From Halarcobacter sp. (lineage in GTDB: Bacteria; Campylobacterota; Campylobacteria; Campylobacterales; Arcobacteraceae): a DNA stretch of 64,000 bases. The notes beneath the pieces are model-generated. The model had not been told where the DNA came from and did no database searches. It worked only from the letters and a program-made list of their open reading frames with translations. A program made the translations under genes and the position numbers. The DNA lies in the NCBI GenBank assembly GCA_048571215.1, contig CP182352.1, positions 1,248,001-1,312,000 on the forward strand, given 5' to 3'. This document shows positions 10,145 through 19,771 of the stretch, piece by piece (the first letter of the stretch is position 1; every line of letters starts with the position of its first letter).

Positions 10145-11122
10145 TTACTCCATAATACAAATCTCTTTTTTAAGCATATGAATTATAGTTTGTCTTGCAA
10201 CTAAAAATACTACAATAATTGTAATTGACATAAAAATATAAGAAAGAACAGCATAAAAACTCTCACTAGTTAATTGATACATCAATATTGTAGCTATTGT
10301 TATTGCAGCCATAGGGAAAGTAAATGCCCACCAAGATATAAAAAACTTGATATTTATATAGTTTTTATACATTACAAATACTAATATAGTAAAAAACAAT
10401 GCCAAACTATATAAGATATGTGCAAAAAAATCTAAATTTGAAGTTAATTTAATATAAGCCACAAATCCAATTGCTGGTGGTGCAATAAGTATAAATAAAG
10501 TTGGCATAAATTTTGGTGCAAATTGTTTATGAAAAATGATTCTATTTAAAATAATAGCAAAAAGAACAATCCAAAAGAAAATTCCAATTGAAAAGAAAAA
10601 ATATAAAACAGAATCTGAAACAAAACCTTTTCCTGCAATAGGAACAATAATATTACCAACAATAGGGATAAACCAAGCTGGATTTGAGTGGTGAACTTCT
10701 AAATTGTTATTTATCCAATATTTAATTGTATAAAAAGTAAAAAAGAAGTGTAATAAAACACCTACAATAAAAAGTATATATGATAATTCACTTAGAGAGT
10801 GTCTAAAAAAAATAGATAATAAAAGAAGTGAAATAGATATTGCCGCAAAGAAATTTACTCTTATTGGATGGGTCATCTCTTTTTTTACCTCTTCCTTATG
10901 AGAAATGATTTTTTTTACATAAAAAAATGAAATCACAAAAAACAATCCTAAAGAGATATAACCAAAAATGTCAACAATCAAAGTTGGGAAATATAAAACT
11001 TCATGCATTTTATGAAAAACAATAGATAAACCTGTAAACCCCATAACAATCGCAAACATCATAATAGGAAAAAATTGCAACCTATCAGAGGGTATTGATT
11101 TAATATGTTCAGTTTGACTCAT
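10145..11122 (-). CDS. TDT/SLAC1 family (TehA-like) anion channel
   Basis: HPIRVNFF, NPAWFIPIVG, PTLFILIAPP, SWWAFTFP. Confidence 0.9.
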   Translation of the reverse strand: MSQTEHIKSIPSDRLQFFPIMMFAIVMGFTGLSIVFHKMHEVLYFPTLIVDIFGYISLGLFFVISFFYVKKIISHKEEVKKEMTHPIRVNFFAAISISLLLLSIFFRHSLSELSYILFIVGVLLHFFFTFYTIKYWINNNLEVHHSNPAWFIPIVGNIIVPIAGKGFVSDSVLYFFFSIGIFFWIVLFAIILNRIIFHKQFAPKFMPTLFILIAPPAIGFVAYIKLTSNLDFFAHILYSLALFFTILVFVMYKNYINIKFFISWWAFTFPMAAITIATILMYQLTSESFYAVLSYIFMSITIIVVFLVARQTIIHMLKKEICIME

Positions 11123-11177
11123 ATATAAAATCCTTTAAAGAAATCTTTACTTATAATGGTTTGAAAGAAGGAGAATT

Positions 11178-11381
11178 ATGGCTAAAAAACCACAAATCGA
11201 TTTAAAACCAATGAACTTGTCTTATCAAGATAGAGATCAAACAATAAAACTGTTAACTTTTAAAAAATCAAATATGACACTGGACATTGCCATATATGAA
11301 AATGAAAAGTTTATAAAAAACAGCAATATGGTGTTCGCGCATCTTCCCAAAAGTATTAAATCAAAGATCAAACCATTATAA
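11178..11381 (+). CDS. Small hypothetical protein
   Basis: 67 aa; strong SD (AAGGAG) before ATG. Confidence 0.7.
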   Translation: MAKKPQIDLKPMNLSYQDRDQTIKLLTFKKSNMTLDIAIYENEKFIKNSNMVFAHLPKSIKSKIKPL

Positions 11382-11416
11382 TTTTGAATTATATATAGTT
11401 TAAGTTGAAATTATGA

Positions 11417-11977
11417 TTAAATAAACTTATGATTTGAGTATAAGTCTAGATTATAATTAAAAGCATCTAGGTAATCGATTTTAAAAAGAAAATCATTATA
11501 ATCTTTATTCATAAGCAAAGAGTGAAGCATTCTTATGGTACCTCCATGGGTACAGATTAATATTTTTTTGTTTTTAGGAAGTGAGCTTAGAAATTCTTTT
11601 ATTCTTTGTTCAAAAGACTCTAAAGACTCTTCACAAATATATGAATACCAAGTATTTATATTTTCTAAATACTCTTGTTTATAATCATCATTTTGCTCTA
11701 CTTCCTCAAAAGATTTTCCCTCTATATTTTTTTTGAATTTCATCTCTCTTAATCTATTATCACAAATATATTCATCACTTATATGTTTTACAGTATCTAC
11801 ACAACGCTTCAAATCTGAAGTATAAATTAAATCGAAGTTCTGTTTAGAAAGCAACTCTTCAATCTTTGAATGTTCAAACAACTGCATATCCAAACCAATA
11901 TCACTATCATAACCTATATATCTCTTTTGATAATTTTCAGCTACAGCTGCGTGTCTTAATAGAGTAATTTTAGACAT
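11417..11977 (-). CDS. cobC: Histidine phosphatase, CobC-like alpha-ribazole phosphatase
   Basis: LLRHA, SDLKRC, LRE, THGGTIR; overlaps cobS. Confidence 0.75.
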   Translation of the reverse strand: MSKITLLRHAAVAENYQKRYIGYDSDIGLDMQLFEHSKIEELLSKQNFDLIYTSDLKRCVDTVKHISDEYICDNRLREMKFKKNIEGKSFEEVEQNDDYKQEYLENINTWYSYICEESLESFEQRIKEFLSSLPKNKKILICTHGGTIRMLHSLLMNKDYNDFLFKIDYLDAFNYNLDLYSNHKFI

Positions 11978-12713
11978 AAAAACAAACTCCTAAAGCTAAA
12001 ACTATCTCAATAGTTTCTAAAATAAATCCTAAGACATCTCCATTTAAAAAACCTAAAGCTTTTTTCAAAAAAGTTGTAATAAACAAAGCAAATAAAAATG
12101 ATAAAGGGATAAAAATAAGAAAACTAAAATTGGTAAGTAAAAAAACCAAAAAACCAAAAAGTATAATAGAAATTAAAAAACTCTTTGGCTTAAAACTATC
12201 TGCCATCATTGTTACAAATGGGGATTTAAACTTAGAAAAATAGATTGTAAACTGAACACTTAACCTACTTATTATCAATATAGCTACAAGTTCTAATAAA
12301 TAGTTATGATATAAAAGATAAGAAAATCCAGCTATTTTTAAAACTACAAAGATAATTGAGTATAAAACTCCTATTGCACCAACTGTTGGCTCTTTTATGA
12401 TCTTATAGGCATCTTTGCCACTATGTTTTGCATATATTGCATCTACCACATCAAGTATTGCCTCTGTATGTATAAAACCATAAAGGATAAAATAAACACA
12501 AGTAGCAATAATAGCAGCCAATATTGGGATTGAATCAAGTAGTGAGTAAAGAAGTATTGTAAAACTTCCTAAAACTAAACCAACAAGTGGCAAGAAAAAA
12601 ACTGTATAGTTTAAAACCTCTTTTCTTGATACCTCATCATCTTTTTTAAAACTTACAGGAAGGATAGAAAAGTAACTAAATACAAATTTTAGCCCAAGAA
12701 TTATATTATTCAT
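11970..12713 (-). CDS. cobS: Adenosylcobinamide-GDP ribazoletransferase (cobalamin synthase)
   Basis: PLVGLVLG, GFIHTEAILDVVDA, IKEPTVGAIG, GFLNGDVLG. Confidence 0.88.
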   Translation of the reverse strand: MNNIILGLKFVFSYFSILPVSFKKDDEVSRKEVLNYTVFFLPLVGLVLGSFTILLYSLLDSIPILAAIIATCVYFILYGFIHTEAILDVVDAIYAKHSGKDAYKIIKEPTVGAIGVLYSIIFVVLKIAGFSYLLYHNYLLELVAILIISRLSVQFTIYFSKFKSPFVTMMADSFKPKSFLISIILFGFLVFLLTNFSFLIFIPLSFLFALFITTFLKKALGFLNGDVLGFILETIEIVLALGVCFYV

Positions 12714-14103
12714 AAATACTCTTTTTTATAGTTTCTATATCAATTCTCTTTTTTAATTGTGAGATAAAACTATTTATAGTTTTTTGTTTATACTCTTCAA
12801 AATCAAAACCTTGATAGTTTTTATTAATGGCTTTAAAAAGTTTATTTCGTAAACTATCATTACCAAAAATTGCATGGGCAAAAGTTCCTTTGATATTTTT
12901 GTTTTCAAAGTATAAAGGGTATTTTGAAGAGTTACCGTGATGTATCTCAAAGCCATTTACTTTACAATCAAAGATTTCATACTCTTTTTTCTCTAAAATT
13001 TTCTTTTTTTCAAAGACTATCATATCATCTATAAAAGCAAACCCCTCTTCTGCTGTAGGAGTTTCATTTTCTAGGGCATACTTATCATCTAAAGAGTTAA
13101 AAAGCATCTCATAACCACCACAAATACCAAAAATCTCTTTTTTGAACTCTTTAATATTTTTAAAAAGTCCTGTTTTTTTAAGCCATAGTAAATCTTTGAT
13201 TACAAGTTTAGACCCTGGTAAAATAACCATATCATATTTGTCTAAAGGGATATTTGACTCAATAAACTCTAGGTTTATATTATCATCTGATACAAGTGGT
13301 TCAAAATCGTTGAAATTACTCATATATGGATATGAGATTACTCCCACATTTATGATTGCTTTTTCTTTGTTTTGAATATAGTTTTTTAAGCTTTGTGAAT
13401 CTTCAAAGCCAAAATTAAAGGGTGTATATGGAAGCACACCTAAAACTGGAATTTTAAACTCCTCTTGGATAATCCTAACACCCTCATCAAAAAGTGTTAA
13501 ATCCCCACGAAACTTGTTTACAATTACACCTATTACATTTTCTCTTAACTTTTTAGGTAGTAGATTATATACTCCATAAATAGAAGCAAAAACTCCACCT
13601 TTTTCTATATCTGCAATAAGTATGATTTTTGTATTGTATTCATCTGCTATAAAGATATTTGAAAGGTCTTTATCCATAAGATTAAGCTCAACAGGGCTTC
13701 CAGCTCCTTCACAAACAACAACATCATACTTTGAATCAAGATAATCAAAACATCTTTTAACAGCTGGTTTAAGTAGATCTAAATCCCTATAATATTCCCT
13801 GACATCTTTATTTGTTACAACCTTACCTTCAACTATAAGAGAAGCTGCACTACCACGACCCGATTTTAATAATACTGGGTTTAGGTGATATGAGGTTTTT
13901 ACTCCTAAAATCCCAGCTTGAAAATACTGTGCAACTGCAATCTCACTTTTATCATCACACACAAAGGCATTGTTTGAAACATTTTGTGCTTTAAAAGGAG
14001 CCACACTTAAGCCCATATCTTGGATTATTTTTGCTATTACAAAAGTAAGGGTTGATTTTCCTGCATCTGAGCTAGTTCCAAATATTGAGATATTATTATT
14101 CAT
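12706..14103 (-). CDS. cobQ: Cobyric acid synthase
   Basis: GTSSDAGKS, PFKAQN, EGAGSPVELNL, NKFRGD, GICGGY. Confidence 0.95.
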   Translation of the reverse strand: MNNNISIFGTSSDAGKSTLTFVIAKIIQDMGLSVAPFKAQNVSNNAFVCDDKSEIAVAQYFQAGILGVKTSYHLNPVLLKSGRGSAASLIVEGKVVTNKDVREYYRDLDLLKPAVKRCFDYLDSKYDVVVCEGAGSPVELNLMDKDLSNIFIADEYNTKIILIADIEKGGVFASIYGVYNLLPKKLRENVIGVIVNKFRGDLTLFDEGVRIIQEEFKIPVLGVLPYTPFNFGFEDSQSLKNYIQNKEKAIINVGVISYPYMSNFNDFEPLVSDDNINLEFIESNIPLDKYDMVILPGSKLVIKDLLWLKKTGLFKNIKEFKKEIFGICGGYEMLFNSLDDKYALENETPTAEEGFAFIDDMIVFEKKKILEKKEYEIFDCKVNGFEIHHGNSSKYPLYFENKNIKGTFAHAIFGNDSLRNKLFKAINKNYQGFDFEEYKQKTINSFISQLKKRIDIETIKKSIYE

Positions 14104-14119
14104 TTACTATACTTCCTAT

Positions 14120-14818
14120 TTAATTTATAATTGATTTGATATTTTTTTGAATAATAGTTCTACCATTTAAAGCGATTTTCTCAAACTCTTTACTTTGGGG
14201 TTCTATTTTTTCTAACTCTAAAATATATTTTTTCTCATCAAGTTTATTTAAAGAAGTATTTAAAATCTCTAAATCATCAAATGTTATAAATCTTGAAAAA
14301 ATGAGTTTTTCAATAATACTTTTATCAAAAGATATAGCCATAGCAATATCAAAAATATCTCTTGTAAGATTGTCTTGTTTTCTGTATTTTATTTTTTTGG
14401 CGATTATATCTTCTACTGACTCATAAAAAAGTTCATAATCAATATCCAATTCTGCATCTTTTATAGGTTTATTTATAATTGCTTCATTGAGTAAGAAATC
14501 AACTTTTATATCATCTTTTGTTTTAAGTTGTATATGATGATTCATCCCATCAAATCTATACTCATTGTTATCAAATATTTTTGTCTCATCAATGTACCAT
14601 TTTGGATTTAAAAAATCAAAAAGTTGAGATTCTGTTATAAATATATCTATATCAAAAGATTTTCTATGATTAAAATGAAACATAGCCAAGGCTGTTCCTC
14701 CACCAAATACCCACCAGTTTTTTATAACTGATTGCTTTTCAATAGGAGCTAATAATTCATAATAAACACTATTTAATGTATTTATTTGCTGTTCAAAATT
14801 ATTTAAGTAGCCATTCAT
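14120..14818 (-). CDS. AbiEii/AbiGii-family nucleotidyltransferase toxin
   Basis: FGGGTALAMFHFNHRKSFDIDIF; K..R...RDIFD. Confidence 0.85.
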   Translation of the reverse strand: MNGYLNNFEQQINTLNSVYYELLAPIEKQSVIKNWWVFGGGTALAMFHFNHRKSFDIDIFITESQLFDFLNPKWYIDETKIFDNNEYRFDGMNHHIQLKTKDDIKVDFLLNEAIINKPIKDAELDIDYELFYESVEDIIAKKIKYRKQDNLTRDIFDIAMAISFDKSIIEKLIFSRFITFDDLEILNTSLNKLDEKKYILELEKIEPQSKEFEKIALNGRTIIQKNIKSIIN

Positions 14819-15365
14819 ATTGTGAACTTACCTTTGTATTGTATTGATTTATATAATACTCATAAAGTTTTTTTAGATTTGATTTTTCAATATCATAAAC
14901 TTCACAATACTTAATAACATCCTCATAACTTACTTCATTAAAAAGTGTGATAATAGCATATTGATATTTTATATCTGTAGTTGCTGTTGAAAAAATTGTA
15001 TATAAATCATCTAAATCATAATGAAGTCGCTTATCGCTTATTGAGTTATTTATTGTTGATAAAATCCATTTTGCAGTAGATATTTTTTTCTCTTCTTTAA
15101 AAAGTTCATGATAAGGCTTTATAAAATCATACTCTTCTTTATCCAAAAACAGGTCATATTCAACTTGTTTCATTAGTATAAATTCAGGTTTTAACCCAAA
15201 AAATTTAGCAAACTTTTTTGCCGTATGTATTGTAAAACCTCTTTTCTTTTGATAAAGTTCACTGATTGTTTTTTTGCCTATTTGTAAAACTTCACAAAGC
15301 TTATCTTGAGTTATTTTATTTGGTTCTATATATTTTTCTTTTAAAAAATCTATTGGTGCTAACAT
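14799..15365 (-). CDS. HigA-like HTH (XRE) antitoxin with C-terminal extension
   Basis: P..FLKEKYIEPNKITQ..L...ISEL..KKRGFT..TA.KFAKFFG..PEF.L..Q..YDL HigA pattern; overlaps the AbiEii gene. Confidence 0.8.
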   Translation of the reverse strand: MLAPIDFLKEKYIEPNKITQDKLCEVLQIGKKTISELYQKKRGFTIHTAKKFAKFFGLKPEFILMKQVEYDLFLDKEEYDFIKPYHELFKEEKKISTAKWILSTINNSISDKRLHYDLDDLYTIFSTATTDIKYQYAIITLFNEVSYEDVIKYCEVYDIEKSNLKKLYEYYINQYNTKVSSQYEWLLK

Positions 15366-15369
15366 ATTA

Positions 15370-15429
15370 TTATCCTAATATGATAAGTTTTATTTAAATA
15401 ATATTATCGTAATATGATAATATTGTCAA
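15370..15429 (-). promoter_or_regulatory. sigma70 promoter with two palindromic operators for the HTH-AbiEii module
   Basis: Minus strand TTGACA (15424-15429), 17 nt, TAATAT; TTATC-N7-GATAA boxes at 15370-15386 and 15404-15420. Confidence 0.75.
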
Positions 15430-15446
15430 TGCTAATTTTGCTATTT

Positions 15447-15938
15447 CTACTTCAATCTATTTGTAAGTCCAAATTTAACTTCATACACCTCATTACAGAT
15501 TTTGGCTAATTTTTGCCCTATTATTCCAGTTAAATCTACAAATCTTCTACTATCCTTGTCAAAAGGGATTACCCCTGTGGTTACTTCATTAAGTACAAAA
15601 ACTATATTACAATCAATTTGTTCTAATTGTTCCAATTGTTTTAAAAGTTCCTCTTCTTTTTTTTCTATATTATTAAATATCCACATAGAGATACAATCAA
15701 TCAAATAGGTTTCATTCTCTTTTATCACTTTAGTTAAATCTTTTGACTCTTCTATAGTTTCGAAGTTATCTTCCCTGCTCTTTTTGTGTTTATCCACTCT
15801 TTTATGCATCTCTTTATCATCATAAGAGTTATCATAGGTTGCTATATAAAAAGGCTTGTTTGATGCAAGGCTTAAGGCTTTTACCTCCGCAAGGTTTGAT
15901 TTACCACTTTTTTGTCCACCAAAATATAAGACTTTCAT
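15447..15938 (-). CDS. cobU: Bifunctional adenosylcobinamide kinase/guanylyltransferase
   Basis: GGQKSGKS..AE, YIAT, EM..RV..H...R, VLNEV..G. Confidence 0.92.
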   Translation of the reverse strand: MKVLYFGGQKSGKSNLAEVKALSLASNKPFYIATYDNSYDDKEMHKRVDKHKKSREDNFETIEESKDLTKVIKENETYLIDCISMWIFNNIEKKEEELLKQLEQLEQIDCNIVFVLNEVTTGVIPFDKDSRRFVDLTGIIGQKLAKICNEVYEVKFGLTNRLK

Positions 15939-15940
15939 AT

Positions 15941-16999
15941 TTATCCCAAAAAGCTTTCTATTTTTTCTGTTATGGTTTTTTTATCTTGTCCATTTAAAAA
16001 CCCATAAGCTAAAGCAGCCCCTGCTCCAACCCCCTCTTTTGCTTCTCCACTATCATAAAGTTTTAGTGCAGGATGGCTTGATAAAGCAAAATCAAAATCA
16101 GCATAATAAGCATTTAGTTTAAAATCAAGCATCTCCAAAAGAGCTTTGATATCACTATTTTTATCATCATATACCCACTTTGTAGTACATAAAGATAAGT
16201 TAGAAGTTTCAAACTCTGCTTCCATAGTTTTTAATACGGCATTTACTATTAGAAGGATACAAGCCATTTGAGTTCCACCTGCTAAGATCACTTTTAGTTT
16301 ATTGTTTAAGCCTAAAATAACTCCAGCATAAAATACAAGCATATTATCTGCAACTTTACTAAGTACTGAAAATAGATCATCCTCTTTTGAAATATTTTCC
16401 AAGGCTTTGTTGATAGTTGTATCTCTAATACTATTTGGAACCTCTTTAAATGAACTACTAAACATCTCTTTACACTTATATCCCAATGCCAAAGCAGTTG
16501 CAGTTGCTGTTGTTGTTCCACTTGGAACTGATTCTGCTAAGATTAGATAATCATCTTTTAACTCATAAGCTTGTCCAAATGCTAATCCTTTTTGAAACAC
16601 ATCCATTGCGTCTATGTTTGCACCCTCAACAATTGATTTTGATGGTTCTATTTGCATATTGTGTATTTTGAAGTATTCTAGTTTTGGTTTTACTTCTATA
16701 CCTAAATCAAGGAGTTCTATATTTGAAAAAGGGTTTAGAAGATGAACTGCTCTTGTTATAAGTGCAGGAGTAGGAACACCTTTTGGTGTTTTTGCAACAT
16801 CCTCTAAACTTCTTACCTCTCCACTACATAAAAACTCACTATCTAGTGTGGGGGTTAGATATATTTGACCTGGAATTCCAGCTTGTGTAATCCCTTCTAT
16901 ATTGGCAGTTGCAGTATTGCTCATAGCTAAAATATATGTTGCTTTTTTACCTCGCAAACTTTCAACAAAATCTATATTTCCAATTATACTTTTTATCAT
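15941..16999 (-). CDS. cobT: NaMN:base phosphoribosyltransferase, archaeal/cyanobacterial-type CobT
   Basis: GITQAG, TP.LD.E, PTPALITRA, ESVPSGTTTA, LAGGTQM, KEGVGAG; position within the cob operon. Confidence 0.85.
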   Translation of the reverse strand: MIKSIIGNIDFVESLRGKKATYILAMSNTATANIEGITQAGIPGQIYLTPTLDSEFLCSGEVRSLEDVAKTPKGVPTPALITRAVHLLNPFSNIELLDLGIEVKPKLEYFKIHNMQIEPSKSIVEGANIDAMDVFQKGLAFGQAYELKDDYLILAESVPSGTTTATATALALGYKCKEMFSSSFKEVPNSIRDTTINKALENISKEDDLFSVLSKVADNMLVFYAGVILGLNNKLKVILAGGTQMACILLIVNAVLKTMEAEFETSNLSLCTTKWVYDDKNSDIKALLEMLDFKLNAYYADFDFALSSHPALKLYDSGEAKEGVGAGAALAYGFLNGQDKKTITEKIESFLG

Positions 17000-17032
17000 T
17001 TTCTTTCCTATAAAATTTTTATATCTTTTTTA

Positions 17033-17887
17033 TTAAACTGTTTTATCTATTATTTGGAATTTCTTTAAATACTCGCTGTAATCTTTTTTAGTATTTTTAT
17101 ATATTCTTTGTAAAGAGTAATACAAACAAGAATATAAAAGATAATCCTTTATTCTTTTCTTTTCTATACTCTTGTTTGTATATTTGTTATAAGTATTAAG
17201 TATATATTCAAAATAGCAGATATTGAATCTCATATTTTCAAAACACCAACTTATAACAACAACTGCAATATCAAAGAGTATATTACCAAAACAAGACTGT
17301 GTAAAGTCATATACACCACTAAGTTTTCCATCTATAAACTTTACATTATCAGGGAAAAGATCACCATGAATTAAAGCTTCGCTTTTAGTATCTATATCTT
17401 TTACTTTTAAATACTTTTGTGTTATTTGCTTTTTTAGGCTACTGTTTGATAAAGAAAAAAGCATCGTTTCAAAGTTTTGTTTTGAGTAAACATCTTTTTT
17501 AGTAATTTTAATATCTTTTATAGAATGCAAACTTACTAAAAAAAGTGTTATTTGTTTTAGATGATTTTTTGTAATACTTTGTATAACATCCCCTTCAATA
17601 TATGAAAGAAGTGTTATTGGTCTATTGTTGTAAAGGTTTATTTTTTTTGATAGTACATTTGGAACATTTAAATTTTTTATTGAATTTAAAATCTCTATTT
17701 GATTTTCTACATCTTTTATTGATGCATCTTCATATAGCTTAAATATATATTTTTTTGTATTAGAAATTCCAATATATGTTGTATCACTAATACCTGATGA
17801 GGTTCCCACAATAGAATTAAAGCTTACATTTTCATCTACAATTAAGTTATTAATTTCATTTAATGTGAGTCTAGTTAATACACCCAA
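17033..17887 (-). CDS. APH-fold phosphotransferase (type II homoserine kinase-like)
   Basis: IHGDLFPDNV catalytic loop, G.YDF, FDIAV; N-terminal MGVLT.L. Confidence 0.8.
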   Translation of the reverse strand: MGVLTRLTLNEINNLIVDENVSFNSIVGTSSGISDTTYIGISNTKKYIFKLYEDASIKDVENQIEILNSIKNLNVPNVLSKKINLYNNRPITLLSYIEGDVIQSITKNHLKQITLFLVSLHSIKDIKITKKDVYSKQNFETMLFSLSNSSLKKQITQKYLKVKDIDTKSEALIHGDLFPDNVKFIDGKLSGVYDFTQSCFGNILFDIAVVVISWCFENMRFNICYFEYILNTYNKYTNKSIEKKRIKDYLLYSCLYYSLQRIYKNTKKDYSEYLKKFQIIDKTV

Positions 17888-18012
17888 GAATTAAAACCTT
17901 CTTTTTTAGTATTATTATATCGAAACAAGCTATATAGAAGTGTTAAAAGCAACTACTATGTGAAGATTTATTATAATTTGCAATTCAAAATAAAATAAAG
18001 GTTTATAAGAGA

Positions 18013-18762
18013 ATGCAAATAGCTATTTTATCTGATATAGATTCAAATGTTTATGCACTGCAAGAGCTAATAAAAGATATCAAAAGTAGAAATATTGAAG
18101 TGGTTTTAAACCTTGGAGATATGTTTTATGGTCCAATTGCACCAAGAGCTACTTATGATTTGATAAGAGAGAGTAAGTTTATAAATATCTGTGGAGATCA
18201 AGATAGAAAAATATTAGAGGCAAGTTTAGACCAACTAGAAAAAAATCCTACTTTGAAATATGTATACGAAGACTTGGGTGAAGAGGTTTTATACTGGATT
18301 CAAGATTTACAGTTTGAAAAGATAATTGGTGGTACATATTATATGATTCATGGAACTTATTTTGATGATACCCAATATCTATTAGAGGATGTTTCATCTG
18401 GTGAAGTTAAACTAAGAAGTGATGAAGAGATTATAAGATTAACAGACAATATTGAAACACCTTTTATTTTTTGTGGACATTCTCACCTACCAAGAGTTCA
18501 TAAACTAAATACCGGACAAATAGTAATAAACCCAGGTTCTGTAGGACTACAAGCATATGAAGATGAACTTCCAACTAAACATAAAATGGAAAACCATACG
18601 CCTGATGCTTCGTATACAATTCTTACAGTTGAAGATAATCAATACAGTATTGAGCAAGTAAGAGTTGCCTATGATTTTGAAAAAGCTGCAAAAAAAGCAG
18701 AAGAAAATGGAAGAGTTGATTGGGCTTATGCACTAAGAACGGGTAGTTTAAAAAATAAATGA
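18013..18762 (+). CDS. Metallophosphoesterase
   Basis: SDIDSN, LGD, HG, GHSHLP, NPGSVG. Confidence 0.85.
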   Translation: MQIAILSDIDSNVYALQELIKDIKSRNIEVVLNLGDMFYGPIAPRATYDLIRESKFINICGDQDRKILEASLDQLEKNPTLKYVYEDLGEEVLYWIQDLQFEKIIGGTYYMIHGTYFDDTQYLLEDVSSGEVKLRSDEEIIRLTDNIETPFIFCGHSHLPRVHKLNTGQIVINPGSVGLQAYEDELPTKHKMENHTPDASYTILTVEDNQYSIEQVRVAYDFEKAAKKAEENGRVDWAYALRTGSLKNK

Positions 18763-19769
18763 AAAAATTTGAACATGGGGGAGATATAAACTCTTTTGCA
18801 AAAGAATTAGAGTGTAAGTTAGAAGAGATAATTGATTTGTCTTCAAATATAAACTTCTTAAAACCAAAACTTGATATTGATTTTAATAAACTCTCAATAT
18901 CATCATACCCAAATTATGAAAAGTTATATAAAACAATAGCAAAGCATTATAAAGTAAAAAAATCAAACCTAGAGCTTTTTAATGGTGCTAGCAGCGCTAT
19001 TTTCTCTTTATTTGATGCTTTGGGTCTAAAAGAGTGTTTTATCTATTCTCCTGCTTATTTAGAGTATAAAAAAGCAGCAAGAGTTTTTAACTATAAAATA
19101 AATTTAATTGATAGATTTGAAAATAAAAATCAAAAAATCAAAAAAGCTTCACTTATAGTATTTATAAACCCATCAACTCCTGATGGGAAATACTATAACT
19201 TGGAAGAGTTGTTGAAATTATGGATAAAAAAAGAGTGTACTATTTTAGTTGATGAAAGCTTTTTGGAGTTTACAAATAAAAAATCAATAACAAAATATAT
19301 AAATGAATATGACAAACTATATATTCTAAAATCTATGACAAAATTCTACTCTTGTGCTGGGGTTAGAGTTGGTACAATAATCTCTTCAAAAAACAATATC
19401 AAAAAACTAAGAGAAAAAGAGCCTTTATGGAAACTTTCTACTTATGATATGAATTATATACTTGAAGTTCTAAAAGATAAAAAATTTGTAAATAAAACTA
19501 TCGAAAAAAACAATAAAAATAAAGCCTATTTGCAAGAGGTTTTATCTTCATATAGCTTCATAGAAAAAGTATATAAAAGTGATGCAAATTTTTTACTTTT
19601 GAAGTTAAAAAATATTGATAGTAAAACTTTACAAAATCATCTAAAAAAATATAAAATCATGGTAAGAGATTGTTCAAATTTTGATTTTTTAGATTCTTCT
19701 TTTGTAAGAGTTGCTGTTAAAAACAAAGCCTCAATCAGAGCTTTAAAATATGCTTTGGATAGGATTTAA
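18759..19769 (+). CDS. cobD: Threonine-phosphate decarboxylase (PLP class I/II)
   Basis: HGG, DLSSNIN, DESF, KSMTKFYSCAGVRVG, VRDCSNF; adjacent to cbiB. Confidence 0.85.
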   Translation: MKKFEHGGDINSFAKELECKLEEIIDLSSNINFLKPKLDIDFNKLSISSYPNYEKLYKTIAKHYKVKKSNLELFNGASSAIFSLFDALGLKECFIYSPAYLEYKKAARVFNYKINLIDRFENKNQKIKKASLIVFINPSTPDGKYYNLEELLKLWIKKECTILVDESFLEFTNKKSITKYINEYDKLYILKSMTKFYSCAGVRVGTIISSKNNIKKLREKEPLWKLSTYDMNYILEVLKDKKFVNKTIEKNNKNKAYLQEVLSSYSFIEKVYKSDANFLLLKLKNIDSKTLQNHLKKYKIMVRDCSNFDFLDSSFVRVAVKNKASIRALKYALDRI

Positions 19770-19771
19770 AA

